A stretch of 64,000 nucleotides of DNA from an uncultured bacterium (GCA_963780225.1 CAWAAX010000009.1:96001-160000), one strand, 5' to 3'. Counted from the stretch's first letter, positions 1 to 10,060 are shown. Numbers and translations: made by a program. The notes: generated by a model from the sequence alone, not told the origin.

Positions 1-1
1 G

Positions 2-1102
2 GCCCAGACCGATTATCCCGAAGTGTCGCAGATCCGGGTGGCCAACAGCAAGGGGCAGATGGTGGCATCCACCGAGGAGGATCTAGTGGGCCAATCCCTG
101 TTGTTGCCGGCCGGGATCAAAACGCTGGCGGACGAGAACCTGCTGCTACAGCCTGCGTCGGCCGGACCCAAGGAAAGATCTTACTGGACAGCAGCTCCCA
201 TTTTGCTGGGCAAGGATAAGATAGGAAGCATTTACCTTTTGACCAAAGGTCAGGCCCAGCCGGCTGCTTTTTCCAAATCGGCTATTCCCATTCCGTTGCT
301 GGCCGGGCAGGCGGCGTCCCTGATCATTATAATACTGCTGCTGGCGCTTTCGGCGTCCAAGACAATTACCGTGGCTACCACAGGCGAGGCTTTGGCTGAA
401 TTTGAGCGCAAGAAAAAAGAAATAGAAAAAGAGCTGGACTCCAAGCGCAAGGATCTTAAAAAAGTGGAGGCCGAGGCGGCCGACCATACCCGATGGTTGG
501 AGATGTTCCGGGGAGAGGAATCCGACCTGACCAGCCAGGTAAAAAAAATGCGGCAGGAGCGGACCGAGTTGGAAGGCTTGATAGACCAGGGGCGCAAGCA
601 ATTAGTGGAGTTTGAAAGCCTGTTCCGGAACAAGCAGTCCAAGTTGGAAGAGGTCAGTAATCAACTGACCGCCAGGATTGAAGAGGGCATCGAACTGGAT
701 AGGCGGCTAGTCAGCGTTCAGCAGCAGGAGTCGGAGCTTAATACCCGGATGATGGAGCTTAAGAAGGGCGAAGTAAATTTGGCCCAGTGGCTCAAACAAT
801 CCAAGGTTGAAGTCCAGAACCTGGTTCAGTTCATTGCCGAAAAACGAATAGAGGAAAGCGAGCTGGAGCAGACCATCGAAGAGCGGCGGCGCGAGGCGTC
901 CGAGCTGGAGCAGAAGGTGGAGGAAACGCGGGGCAACATCCAGGAATTATCCGATATCAGCGAACAGTGGTCCGGAGAGAAGGATCGCCTTTCTCTGGAA
1001 ATAGGTGAAAAGCAAAAAGACCTGACCGCGGTAATGCAGCTGCTGGAAGGCAGCCGGGCCAGGTTGGAAAAACTGCAAAAACAGGAAACTGCGGTCAAAT
1101 GA
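2..1102 (+). CDS. Membrane-anchored long coiled-coil protein (5'-partial)
   Basis: Frame open from the window edge; extracytoplasmic-like segment, TM helix (ASLIIIILLLAL), then about 240 aa of E/K/Q/L-rich heptads; stop overlaps the next ATG. Confidence 0.7.
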   Translation, partial: AQTDYPEVSQIRVANSKGQMVASTEEDLVGQSLLLPAGIKTLADENLLLQPASAGPKERSYWTAAPILLGKDKIGSIYLLTKGQAQPAAFSKSAIPIPLLAGQAASLIIIILLLALSASKTITVATTGEALAEFERKKKEIEKELDSKRKDLKKVEAEAADHTRWLEMFRGEESDLTSQVKKMRQERTELEGLIDQGRKQLVEFESLFRNKQSKLEEVSNQLTARIEEGIELDRRLVSVQQQESELNTRMMELKKGEVNLAQWLKQSKVEVQNLVQFIAEKRIEESELEQTIEERRREASELEQKVEETRGNIQELSDISEQWSGEKDRLSLEIGEKQKDLTAVMQLLEGSRARLEKLQKQETAVK

Positions 1103-2667
1103 CAAACTACTACGAAATTCTGGGAGTAAGCCGCGGAGCTACAGCTTCTGAGATCTCCCAGACCTACCGGCGCTTATTGCAGGACGTCTATCAGGAAATG
1201 GGCAGGGAAGCCGATTTGGCCTCCTTGAGCCATGCCCATAAAATGCTGATCAATCCAGCCAAGCGCCGGGAGTACGATGCCATGCTTGATCTTTTATCCG
1301 GGCAGTTCATTGTCGAAGATCCCGAAAAACCCACCAAGGCCGAGAAGGCCTATTTAGAAGGCCTTAAAGCTTTCGATCTCCAGAACTATCAGGAGGCGGT
1401 GCAGTATTTTGCCCGGGCCGCCCGGCTGGATCCCAAGCAGGGACACTTTTTCAGTCAGTGGGGGCTGTCCATCGGAATGTTTCCGGGCCGGCTTTCCGAA
1501 GCAGAGCTTTACTGCAAAAAGGCCATCGAGCTCGATTCCGATAATCCGGTATTCTATTTCAATCTAGGGTTTTTGTACCAGCGCCATAATTTAAGCGAGG
1601 CCGCCCAGCAGTCATTTATCAAGGCTCAGGAAGCCCAACAGGTGCGGCAGGCCAAGCACGCGGCCCAGCAGTCGGCCGCCATCTCTGCGCCATGGGGGGG
1701 CGATGCCGGCCGCCCGCTTAAAAAACATGATTCCACCGAAGATAACATAACCCAGCTCGACGGAGAACAGCCTTCGGTGATCGTTCTGCCCCATGCCGAA
1801 GAGTCCGTTCTGGAAAATAAAAAAGTTGATCAACCGGTTTCCACCGCTGAACCAGGGATGGAACAGGCCCAGGTCCTAGCCGAGGAACCGATCGATTTGT
1901 CGGGGATCGATGATCTGTTAAGCGAACTGGATTCCCTGGAATCCAGCATGGATCAGGTGGAGACTTTCAACAACAGGAATATCCTGGAACCGGAGGAATC
2001 CAAACTGGAGATCGTCACCGTTCAGGAAGAACTGATCGTCCAGCGCCAGTCTGGGGAATCGCATCCTTTGCCCGGCAGCCAGACCGAAATCAATGAAGTA
2101 TCTGAAGAGCCCAAACTGGAGCTCGTCACCGTTCAGGAAGAACTTGTTGCCCAGAGCCAGCCAGGGGACATTCAAACCCCTGGATTACCAGGGGAATCGG
2201 AGAGTTTGAACGAATCGTCTTTGGACCTTTTAAAGGAGCTGGATTCCATTGAAACCATGGTGGCCGGAATAGAGCAAGCCGGGATGGAGGCTCAGCCAGA
2301 AGATATTTTGGAAAATCCCCAACAACTAGAAATATCTAATCAACCAGGCTTGCCGGTTATTTCAGAGAACGATGTCCCGGTATCCAACATTGAAGACCTG
2401 GAGGACGAGGCCTTAAAGGTACTGCCGGAACCGGATAGTCCATCGGATGATCAACCTTCTGAATCGGTCCTGCCCAATTCAAATGAAGAAACACCTGCCG
2501 CGGTTTCCCAAGGCGTGCCAAAACTTAAGAAAAAAAATTCCAGATCTGATTCCGAGGCCATAAGGGAAAAAATGGAGAGGCTGAATCAGATGGAGGAACA
2601 GATGATGGAGGAGCTGCTTAGGCTTAAGGCCGAGCGAGTACAATTACGCGCTAATTTGGAGGTCTGA
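1099..2667 (+). CDS. J-domain-like + TPR protein with acidic disordered C-terminus
   Basis: NYYEILGV...RREYD J-domain pattern without HPD; TPR repeats; acidic tail with internal duplication. Confidence 0.75.
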   Translation: MTNYYEILGVSRGATASEISQTYRRLLQDVYQEMGREADLASLSHAHKMLINPAKRREYDAMLDLLSGQFIVEDPEKPTKAEKAYLEGLKAFDLQNYQEAVQYFARAARLDPKQGHFFSQWGLSIGMFPGRLSEAELYCKKAIELDSDNPVFYFNLGFLYQRHNLSEAAQQSFIKAQEAQQVRQAKHAAQQSAAISAPWGGDAGRPLKKHDSTEDNITQLDGEQPSVIVLPHAEESVLENKKVDQPVSTAEPGMEQAQVLAEEPIDLSGIDDLLSELDSLESSMDQVETFNNRNILEPEESKLEIVTVQEELIVQRQSGESHPLPGSQTEINEVSEEPKLELVTVQEELVAQSQPGDIQTPGLPGESESLNESSLDLLKELDSIETMVAGIEQAGMEAQPEDILENPQQLEISNQPGLPVISENDVPVSNIEDLEDEALKVLPEPDSPSDDQPSESVLPNSNEETPAAVSQGVPKLKKKNSRSDSEAIREKMERLNQMEEQMMEELLRLKAERVQLRANLEV

Positions 2668-2708
2668 AAAATCCGAAGCTGGATTAAACTGGTTTGGTGT
2701 AAATAAAT

Positions 2709-2747
2709 AAAAGCCGGCGGCCCGAAAAAATAGGGGCGCCGGCTTTT
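2709..2747. terminator. Bidirectional intrinsic terminator
   Basis: AAAAGCCGGCG...CGCCGGCTTTT between convergent genes. Confidence 0.8.
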
Positions 2748-2776
2748 ATAATTGCCAAGGGGAAGGTCTGTGCTTC

Positions 2777-3832
2777 CTATGTCTTTAGTATCTGCTGGAG
2801 GTTGTCAGGGTCGGGTGATTTGCTAAGGGCCTCGTCTAAGGTTATCATCTTTCGTTTGAACAGCGAAGCCAGCGACATGTTTAAAGTGCACATGCCCTGC
2901 TTGACGCTGGTCTGGATTAGGCTTTGCAGCTGGTAGGTCTTTCCCTCCCGGATCAGATTCCTTACCGCGCCGGTGCCGGTCATTATCTCATGGGCCGCCA
3001 CCCGGCCCCGGCCGTCGGCCCGTTTTACCAGGATCTGGGAGACCACCGCCACGAAGTTAACAGCTACCTGCATCCGGATCTGTTCCTGCTGGAACAAGGG
3101 GAAGACATCGATGATCCGGTCGATGGTTTGGACGGCGTCGGTGGTATGGAGGGTGGCCAGCACCAGGTGTCCGGTCTCGGCCGCGGTGATGGCCAACTGG
3201 ATGGTCTCCAGGTCGCGCATTTCTCCGATCAGGATGCAGTCCGGGTCCTGTCGCAGCACGTACTTCAGGGCGTCGGCAAAGGTCAAAGTATCGCGGCCCA
3301 GCTCCCGCTGATTGACGATGGCTTTTTTGTCGGCATGGATGAACTCTACTGGATCCTCCACCGTCATGATGTGGCAGGGCTCGTTGGCGTTACGGTGGTC
3401 GATCATTGACGCCTGGGTGGTGGACTTGCCGCAGCCGGCCGGGCCGGTCACCAGCACCAGGCCGCGGGGCCGCATAGAAGCCTCCTTTAAAATGGCTGGG
3501 AATCCCAGCTCATCCAGGGTGGGGATTCTCTCGGGGACCAGCCGGAAGACCATGCCCAGCGAACTGCGCTGCAGGAACAGGTTGACCCGGAACCGTCCGG
3601 TGCCGGCTTGGGTGTAGGCGAAGTCCAACTCCAGGTCCTGGGTGAACTTCTGCCACTGGGCCGGGGTCAGCACCGAACCCACGAAGCGCTTGACATCGTC
3701 GGGGGTCAGGGCCGGAAACTGGCTGGGCATCAGATCTCCGTTGATCCGCAGCAGCGGAGTGCTGCCGACCTTAAGGTGAAGGTCCGAAGCCCCCTGCTGG
3801 GCCATGTGCTGCAATAGCTGGAGTATTTCCAT
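2777..3832 (-). CDS. pilT: Type IV pilus retraction ATPase (PilT/PilU family)
   Basis: ASDLHL, GPAGCGKSTT, EDPVEF, LRQDPD, GEMRD, AVRNLIRE. Confidence 0.9.
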   Translation of the reverse strand: MEILQLLQHMAQQGASDLHLKVGSTPLLRINGDLMPSQFPALTPDDVKRFVGSVLTPAQWQKFTQDLELDFAYTQAGTGRFRVNLFLQRSSLGMVFRLVPERIPTLDELGFPAILKEASMRPRGLVLVTGPAGCGKSTTQASMIDHRNANEPCHIMTVEDPVEFIHADKKAIVNQRELGRDTLTFADALKYVLRQDPDCILIGEMRDLETIQLAITAAETGHLVLATLHTTDAVQTIDRIIDVFPLFQQEQIRMQVAVNFVAVVSQILVKRADGRGRVAAHEIMTGTGAVRNLIREGKTYQLQSLIQTSVKQGMCTLNMSLASLFKRKMITLDEALSKSPDPDNLQQILKT

Positions 3833-3883
3833 TTTACATCAAGTGGTGTGTATGAATGTTCCGGCGACAGTTAATGTGGTAGT

Positions 3884-3978
3884 GATACCTCGGCGATACT
3901 ATGGTAATGCGGTGGACCAAACAATCGTATGCCCATGGTATAACAACGGCATTCTCAACCGTTTTACAATTGTAATAG
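3884..3978. repeat. Degenerate ~11-bp periodic tandem repeat
   Basis: TACCTCGGCGA TACTATGGTAA ... ACAATCGTAT GCCCATGGTAT AACAACGGCAT; related to 32146-32245. Confidence 0.55.
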
Positions 3979-4000
3979 CAGGCCGCATTCTCCGGGAAGA

Positions 4001-5062
4001 TCAGACCTTCATGATCATCCGTTCAAATTCTATGGGATTGGAAGACTTGGCCATAGCGTCCTCTATGGTCACCTGTCCTTTCAGGTAGTAGTCCTTTAAG
4101 CAGGAATCCAGGGTGACCATTCCGTACTTGCCGCCGCTTTGGATGGCGCTGTAAATCTGGTGGGTCTTGCCTTCCCGGATGATGGCCCGGAGGGCCGGGG
4201 TGCAGGTCAGCACTTCGTAGGCCACCATCCGCCCCTTGCCGTCGGTGCGGGGCAGCAGGGTCTGGGAGAAGATGGCCTGGAGGGTGGTGGAGAGCTGGAG
4301 CCGCACCTGCTGTTGCTGGGCCGGGGGAAAGACGTCGATGATCCGGTCCACGGTCTGGGCGGCGTCGGCGGTGTGGAGGGTGGCCATCACCAGGTGGCCG
4401 GTCTCGGCCGCGGTGATGGCCAGGCTGATGGTCTCCAGGTCGCGCATCTCGCCCACCAGGATGATGTCAGGGTTCTGGCGCATCACGTGCTTCAGGGCCC
4501 CGGCAAAGCTGTGGGTGTCGATCCCGACCTCGCGCTGGTTGACGCAGGCTTTCTTGTCCCGGTGCAGGAACTCGATGGGATCTTCGATGGTGATGATGTG
4601 GCAGGAACGGTTCTCGTTGATGAAGTCGATCATGGCCGCCAGGCTGGTGGATTTGCCGGAGCCGGTGGGACCAGTGACCAGCACCAGGCCCCGGGGCAGC
4701 ATGGAGACCTTTTTCATGATCTGGGGCAGGGCCAGCTCGTCAATGGTCTTGATCAAAAGTGGGATGACCCGCAACACCGCCCCCACCGCGTTTTTCTGTT
4801 TAAAGACGTTGACCCGGAAGCGGGAGACGCCGGGGATGGAATAAGATAGGTCCAGTTGGAGGGTCTGCTCGTACTTCTGGCGCCGTTCTTCGTTCAATAT
4901 CTCGTACAGCAACATCTTGGTATCGTCGGCCGTCATCACCGGCAGGCTGGTGCGCACCAGCTGTCCGTGGATCCTGTAAATGGGTGGCTCGCCGCACTTG
5001 ATGTGCAGATCAGAACCCTGCTGGCTGACCAGCATTCTTAACAATTCGTCTATTTTGGCCAT
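4001..5062 (-). CDS. pilT: Type IV pilus retraction ATPase PilT
   Basis: GSDLHI, GPTGSGKSTS, EDPIEF, GEMRD, AAETGHLV. Confidence 0.92.
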   Translation of the reverse strand: MAKIDELLRMLVSQQGSDLHIKCGEPPIYRIHGQLVRTSLPVMTADDTKMLLYEILNEERRQKYEQTLQLDLSYSIPGVSRFRVNVFKQKNAVGAVLRVIPLLIKTIDELALPQIMKKVSMLPRGLVLVTGPTGSGKSTSLAAMIDFINENRSCHIITIEDPIEFLHRDKKACVNQREVGIDTHSFAGALKHVMRQNPDIILVGEMRDLETISLAITAAETGHLVMATLHTADAAQTVDRIIDVFPPAQQQQVRLQLSTTLQAIFSQTLLPRTDGKGRMVAYEVLTCTPALRAIIREGKTHQIYSAIQSGGKYGMVTLDSCLKDYYLKGQVTIEDAMAKSSNPIEFERMIMKV

Positions 5063-5145
5063 GACAATTAAAAGTAATTAATGAGAGCGCATTTATTTTA
5101 GGCAGAGTTGCCGTATAGGAAGTATTTATGACTGCATAAACTATC

Positions 5146-5175
5146 AGTTTAACAAAAGCGGGCTTTTAAAGTCAA
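5146..5175 (-). promoter_or_regulatory. sigma70-type promoter of the pilT pair
   Basis: TTGACT-18-TAAACT with extended TG on the minus strand. Confidence 0.5.
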
Positions 5176-5557
5176 GGATAATAATCAAAAATAAAACCAA
5201 AGGCTAGTTGCCTTAGGAAAAAATACGGAACAAAGCCTGAAGGCACCGGTGTCTTCTACTAAGCAAAAGCTTTACGGCCAAGGCTTTTCTCCCGGCCCCA
5301 ATGATCCGGGGCGTAAGGACAAGATACTTGATGGAGCAAAGCAAAAGACGGGTCTGGGCCGGGACATTTCAGTAAACCGTCCCGGCCTGAATCTCCAAAT
5401 TACCGGCGGTGTCTGGAACCCGGCAAAACCTTGAAGGGACGATCACGTTAACCAGCAAATCCGGCTGGGACTCTGGCTCCCAGCAGGTCATTTTTATCAA
5501 ACCAAAACACTCATTACCGGTTCGGGTAAAAAAATGGACTAACTGTATAAAAAACCA

Positions 5558-5585
5558 TTGACTTTTGATAAATATTTGGTATAGT
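5558..5585 (+). promoter_or_regulatory. sigma70-type promoter, near-leaderless
   Basis: TTGACT-16-TATAGT, 9 nt before the ATG at 5595. Confidence 0.55.
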
Positions 5586-5594
5586 TAAAGACTA

Positions 5595-6881
5595 ATGACA
5601 AATAAAAACGGCATAATCGTTCTACCTCCGGAACATCTGGAGGCCGTGATCAAAATAGCCGCCGAGTGCCTGGGATGCCAGGCGGAGTTTTTTCCCTTGG
5701 AGGAAGTTCCATTTCCGGGCCGGGACGATCAGGGAGAATCCCTGCCTCTGCCGGAGTTCAGCCGGAAACTGCTGCTTAAAGGCCCTAAGGACAAGCTGCG
5801 TCCGGCTCTGGAGACCGCGAAAAAACTGGCCGCCGAAATCAGCGCCAAGGAGCAGGAGTCGTTTTCCTTGACTCAGGAGATAACCGAGCGTTATGAGCAG
5901 CTGGCCACTCTTTTCGAAATGAGCGAAAAGCTGGGGATGGCCGGCGACAACCAGTCCCGGGTAGCGGCCATCCTGGACACGGCCGCCTCCGCAGTCTCGG
6001 CCAGCTGTGGCTGTCTGATGCTGTTGGAGGGTGACTGTAGCTTCATCAACCGCCGGGAAAAGGAGATGGACCGGAAAACCATAAGCGCCTTGGCCCGCCG
6101 GGCCGCGGAACAGAACAAGCCTTCGGTGGACGAAAAAAGACACATCATCCTGCCGCTGACCGTCAATAAAAACCAGCCTATCGGAGCCCTGGCCCTGGGA
6201 CCCAGAACCGAAGGGGTATACCGGTCCGGGGATGTCAAGATGCTGGTAACCCTTAGCAGTTATGCCGCCTTGTTGTTGGAGAGCGGCCGCCTTTATGAAG
6301 GACTGGAACTGCTTTTCTTCTCTACCATCAAAAGCATGGTGGAAGCCATCGATGCCAAGGATCCCAGCACCCGGGGCCATTCCGAGCGGGTACGCCGCTA
6401 TTCCGCCCGGATGGCCCGGAAAATGGGGATGAGCAACCCGGATCAGAAAATGCTGGAGCTGGCCGCACTGTTGCACGACCTGGGCAAGATAGGCCTGCCC
6501 GATTCCATTTTGAATAACGTCAAAAGCCAGCTGACCAACGATCAGTGGCAGCAGGTAAAACAACATCCCGAGATAGGCGTTTCAATTTTGACTCACGTGG
6601 CCCAGTTGAAGGGGATACTGCCAGCCATAGGCCAGCACCACGAACGCTACGACGGAAGCGGCTATCCCTCTGGGATCAAGGGCCAGGACATTTCGCTGTT
6701 TGCCAGGATCATCGCCGTAGCCGATGCCTACGACGCCATGACCACCCAGCGCACCTACCGGCCCACCTTTGATTCCCGGCAGGCCTTGACCGAGCTTAAG
6801 GATAATTCCGGAAACCAGTTCGATCCGATGGCGGTGGATCTCTTCATGCAGAGTTTTTCCGATAATGATAATCAGCAGTAA
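5595..6881 (+). CDS. GAF + HD-GYP cyclic dinucleotide phosphodiesterase
   Basis: DAKDPSTRGHSERV, LLHDLGKIG, HHERYDGSGYP. Confidence 0.9.
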   Translation: MTNKNGIIVLPPEHLEAVIKIAAECLGCQAEFFPLEEVPFPGRDDQGESLPLPEFSRKLLLKGPKDKLRPALETAKKLAAEISAKEQESFSLTQEITERYEQLATLFEMSEKLGMAGDNQSRVAAILDTAASAVSASCGCLMLLEGDCSFINRREKEMDRKTISALARRAAEQNKPSVDEKRHIILPLTVNKNQPIGALALGPRTEGVYRSGDVKMLVTLSSYAALLLESGRLYEGLELLFFSTIKSMVEAIDAKDPSTRGHSERVRRYSARMARKMGMSNPDQKMLELAALLHDLGKIGLPDSILNNVKSQLTNDQWQQVKQHPEIGVSILTHVAQLKGILPAIGQHHERYDGSGYPSGIKGQDISLFARIIAVADAYDAMTTQRTYRPTFDSRQALTELKDNSGNQFDPMAVDLFMQSFSDNDNQQ

Positions 6882-6884
6882 AAC

Positions 6885-9380
6885 ATGAACGACAAAAAAG
6901 ACATGATCAGTCAGATCTCTCCGCCAGCCGCCGATCGTGGCCAAGGCCATTCTTCAGATGATTCCGGATATCTGTTCTTCCGGATGATGCCCGGACTTTT
7001 GGAGTGGCTGCCCCAGTCAGTGGTGCTGACCGACCGGGAGTGCCGGATAATAATGCACAACCAGAAGGCCAAAGGGCTGGTGCTGGGAAAGGGTTTGGTC
7101 TGGGACGACTTGGAGCTCCTGCCGGAGGACTTGGACTGGATAAAAAACATTTTATTTCCATGCACCCAAAAAGCTGGCATCCCGGCCGAGAAAAAAATAG
7201 CCTTCAAGGACCGGTTATGGAATCTGGAACTGGTGCCGCTGTATCACGGGGATGTCTTTTTGGGCGCCTTGCTGTCCTTTGCCGACCAGGCCGATGAGGT
7301 GGCCAGCCAGTTTAAAAAACTGAGGGATCTTTTGATTGCCACTCAGGATGAAAAGGCGGTGGCCGAGTTCCTGCTGAAGACCTTAAAAAAGAGCCTGGGC
7401 TTTGAAAAGGGGATGCTGGCGGTAATGGAACGCAGCAACAGTTACAAGATCCTGGCCAGCCAGGGACTGGAAGAAGAAGCCCAAAGGGAAGAATTTTTAC
7501 CTCAGAGCCCGATGCTGGAGGCCTGTTTAAAAGAAGGCCGGCCGATGACGGTCTCCGGAAGCTCCGAAAATCTGGAACAATCTTTGGGCAGCAAACTGCT
7601 GAAGGTGGCCGGAACCAAATCCGGTTCGTTTTTGATCGTCCCGCTGCTCCGGGCCCAGCAATCCCTGGGATTTCTTATGCTTCACAAAACCAGCCCGGCC
7701 TTCGGCAATGGACACTTGACCCTGCTTTCCGAGCTGTCCGAGATTTTTGTGAAAATACTGGACGAAGCCCGGATGGCCCAGAAATTTGAAAGCGAGAACC
7801 AGCTTCGCAGCAAGCTTTATGAAATTGGATTCGCTGCCGGATCAGTACTGCAGTTGGGAAGCCTTTTGAGCCTGATGATCAGGACCATCTCCAAGGAGCT
7901 TAAGGCCGAGGATGTCAGCCTTTACTTCTTTGACGAGATATCCGGACAATGGGCCGGGAAATCGATGATAGCCCCCACTGAGGGTCAGGGATTTCTATCC
8001 CTGATCAAAAGCTCCGGGGTCAAGCTGGAGCACATCCGGCTGATGGAGATGAAGGATGTTACCGCCCAGGTGGTAGCCCGGGGCCAGCCGGAGATCATCG
8101 GTGATCTGGCCCGCGATTCCCGGTTCATCCAGCCGGCGCCCCGGACCCCGTTCAAATCAGGCTTATGGCACCCCCTGAAGATCAAGGACAAGACCATCGG
8201 AGCTTTGATGGCCCTCAGCCGGCAACCGGGATACTTCGGCACTATGGACCAGGCCCTGATGGAGGAGATAACGCCGCTGATCACTTTTGCCCTGCGCAGC
8301 GCCATGCTATACGAAGAGATCCGCCGGGAGGGCAGCAGGCTGGGCTCCATCATCAACTCCATGCCCGAAGGGTTGCTGATGGTGGACAAGGATTTTAAGG
8401 TGATAATCAGCAATGAAAGTTACGAAAAACTTTGGAATTTGGGAATCAGAATAAAGCCAGGGATGGAATTTCACAAAGCCATTCTGCCTTTTCTGGGGGA
8501 ACAGCTCCGGGACCAGAAACCGTTGCTGGAGTTCCTGCAGAAATGCGCCGGCAATACCGCCCACCGGCAGGAGTCGGTGGAGTTGGAGCTCAACAGCGGT
8601 TTATTTTTAAAGATCGTCTCTTTTCCGGTGGACGATGCCGAGGGCCCCGGCAACGGGTTGGTGCTGTTGCATCAGGATGTAACGGTGGAGCACCAGATAG
8701 CCGAGACCCGGCAGGAATTTGTGGGGATGTTGTCCCACGACATGCGCAACCCGCTTTCGGCCATCATTGCCACCCTGGAGCTCTCGCTTGACGGCAGCCT
8801 GGGCGATCTCAACGACAACCAGCACCAGTTTTTGGGCAGCGCCATGAATGACAGCCGCCGGATGCTGGAGATGCTCAACGATCTGCTGGATGGGTACAAA
8901 TACGAAGCGGTGGAGCTTAAACTGGAAAAGACCCAGTTCGACATCACCCAGGTGATCTCCAAATTAGTCTACGATTTTTCACCCTTGGCCAAGGAGCGCC
9001 AGATCGAGTTGTTTCAGGAGACGCCTTTAAGCCTGACGGTGACGGCGGACGAGGGCAAGCTGATCCGGGTAATATCCAACCTGCTGACCAATGCCTTGAA
9101 ATTTACCCCTAAAGAAGGGCGGATAATTGTTTCGGTCGCTGATAAAAAACAAGTCATTCAGGTCTCGATCCAGGATACCGGGGAGGGCATCGCTCCGGAT
9201 GAATTGGAAAAGGTGTTTCAGAAATTTTATCAGGTGGAAAAACGGAAGCTGGGCCGCAAGACCGGGACCGGCCTGGGCCTGCCCCTCTGCCGTAAATTAG
9301 TGGATGCCCACGGCGGCAAGATCTGGGTGGAAAGCCAGGCGGGCAGGGGCAGCAAGTTTATTTTCACTCTTCCCAAATAA
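6885..9380 (+). CDS. PAS/GAF sensor histidine kinase
   Basis: SHDMRNPL H-box, NLLTNALKF, DTGEGI, GTGLGL; GAF- and PAS-like segments. Confidence 0.9.
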   Translation: MNDKKDMISQISPPAADRGQGHSSDDSGYLFFRMMPGLLEWLPQSVVLTDRECRIIMHNQKAKGLVLGKGLVWDDLELLPEDLDWIKNILFPCTQKAGIPAEKKIAFKDRLWNLELVPLYHGDVFLGALLSFADQADEVASQFKKLRDLLIATQDEKAVAEFLLKTLKKSLGFEKGMLAVMERSNSYKILASQGLEEEAQREEFLPQSPMLEACLKEGRPMTVSGSSENLEQSLGSKLLKVAGTKSGSFLIVPLLRAQQSLGFLMLHKTSPAFGNGHLTLLSELSEIFVKILDEARMAQKFESENQLRSKLYEIGFAAGSVLQLGSLLSLMIRTISKELKAEDVSLYFFDEISGQWAGKSMIAPTEGQGFLSLIKSSGVKLEHIRLMEMKDVTAQVVARGQPEIIGDLARDSRFIQPAPRTPFKSGLWHPLKIKDKTIGALMALSRQPGYFGTMDQALMEEITPLITFALRSAMLYEEIRREGSRLGSIINSMPEGLLMVDKDFKVIISNESYEKLWNLGIRIKPGMEFHKAILPFLGEQLRDQKPLLEFLQKCAGNTAHRQESVELELNSGLFLKIVSFPVDDAEGPGNGLVLLHQDVTVEHQIAETRQEFVGMLSHDMRNPLSAIIATLELSLDGSLGDLNDNQHQFLGSAMNDSRRMLEMLNDLLDGYKYEAVELKLEKTQFDITQVISKLVYDFSPLAKERQIELFQETPLSLTVTADEGKLIRVISNLLTNALKFTPKEGRIIVSVADKKQVIQVSIQDTGEGIAPDELEKVFQKFYQVEKRKLGRKTGTGLGLPLCRKLVDAHGGKIWVESQAGRGSKFIFTLPK

Positions 9381-9414
9381 AGAAAAAAAGACTATCTATC
9401 CTGTCCAGGAACCT

Positions 9415-9599
9415 TTATCCACAGACGTTGTAGTGAGTGGTGTGACTGAGTCCGCCGAAGCCTTAACCGAACTATTAACGCAGATCAGAACAAAATTATT
9501 TGTACCTAAAAATAGAAACTTGCGGGAAAAATCTGTGAAATCTTCCGCCACCGCAGGGTAGTACATATAGGCGGATCCGTCTATGGCGGGAGCGGATAG
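9415..9599. repeat. Inverted-repeat element carrying nested mini-element insertions
   Basis: Host TTATCCACAGA|TTAACGCAGAT ... ATCTGTGAAATCT|GCGGATAG interrupted at 9426-9474 and 9544-9591. Confidence 0.7.
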
Positions 9600-9684
9600 A
9601 AAAGCTTTTGGGGTACGTGTCTAAGCTAATTGGACAGGCATTTATTTTTAAATAACCCAAACCTTTTTAAAGAGGTGTTTTCGT

Positions 9685-10059
9685 ATGACCAAAAAAATCA
9701 TGGTGATCGATGACGAGCCCTACATTGCACGAGTCATCAAGTTCAAGCTGGAACAGGAAGGTTACACGGTATTTTCGGCCAATGACGGGCTGACCGGGCT
9801 GGAGAAGATCAAACTGGAAAAGCCTGATCTGGTGCTTTTGGATGTGATGATGCCGGGGCTGACCGGGTACGAGGTTTGCCAAAAGATCAAGGCCGATCCC
9901 GAGCTGGCCAGTATTCCGGTGGTCATTTTAACCGCCAAGGGCCAGGAGCGCGACCGGGAGCAGGGCCTGAGCGTGGGGGCCAGCGATTACATTACCAAGC
10001 CATTTTCGCCCAACCGGCTGCTGGAATTGGTGCGCACTATGGTGGGAGAGAACACCTAA
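9685..10059 (+). CDS. Single-domain response regulator
   Basis: IDDEP, LLDVMMP, LTAKG, YITKPF. Confidence 0.92.
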   Translation: MTKKIMVIDDEPYIARVIKFKLEQEGYTVFSANDGLTGLEKIKLEKPDLVLLDVMMPGLTGYEVCQKIKADPELASIPVVILTAKGQERDREQGLSVGASDYITKPFSPNRLLELVRTMVGENT

Positions 10060-10060
10060 A

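Noticed and set aside
5422..5445. GGCAAA...GGGACG resembling a c-di-GMP-I riboswitch
   Set aside because: P2 stem too short, no GCAAAG or tetraloop receptor, and it lies upstream of the predicted promoter.
9415..9423. Perfect DnaA box TTATCCACA
   Set aside because: Single copy forming the end of an inverted-repeat element; no box cluster, so not oriC.
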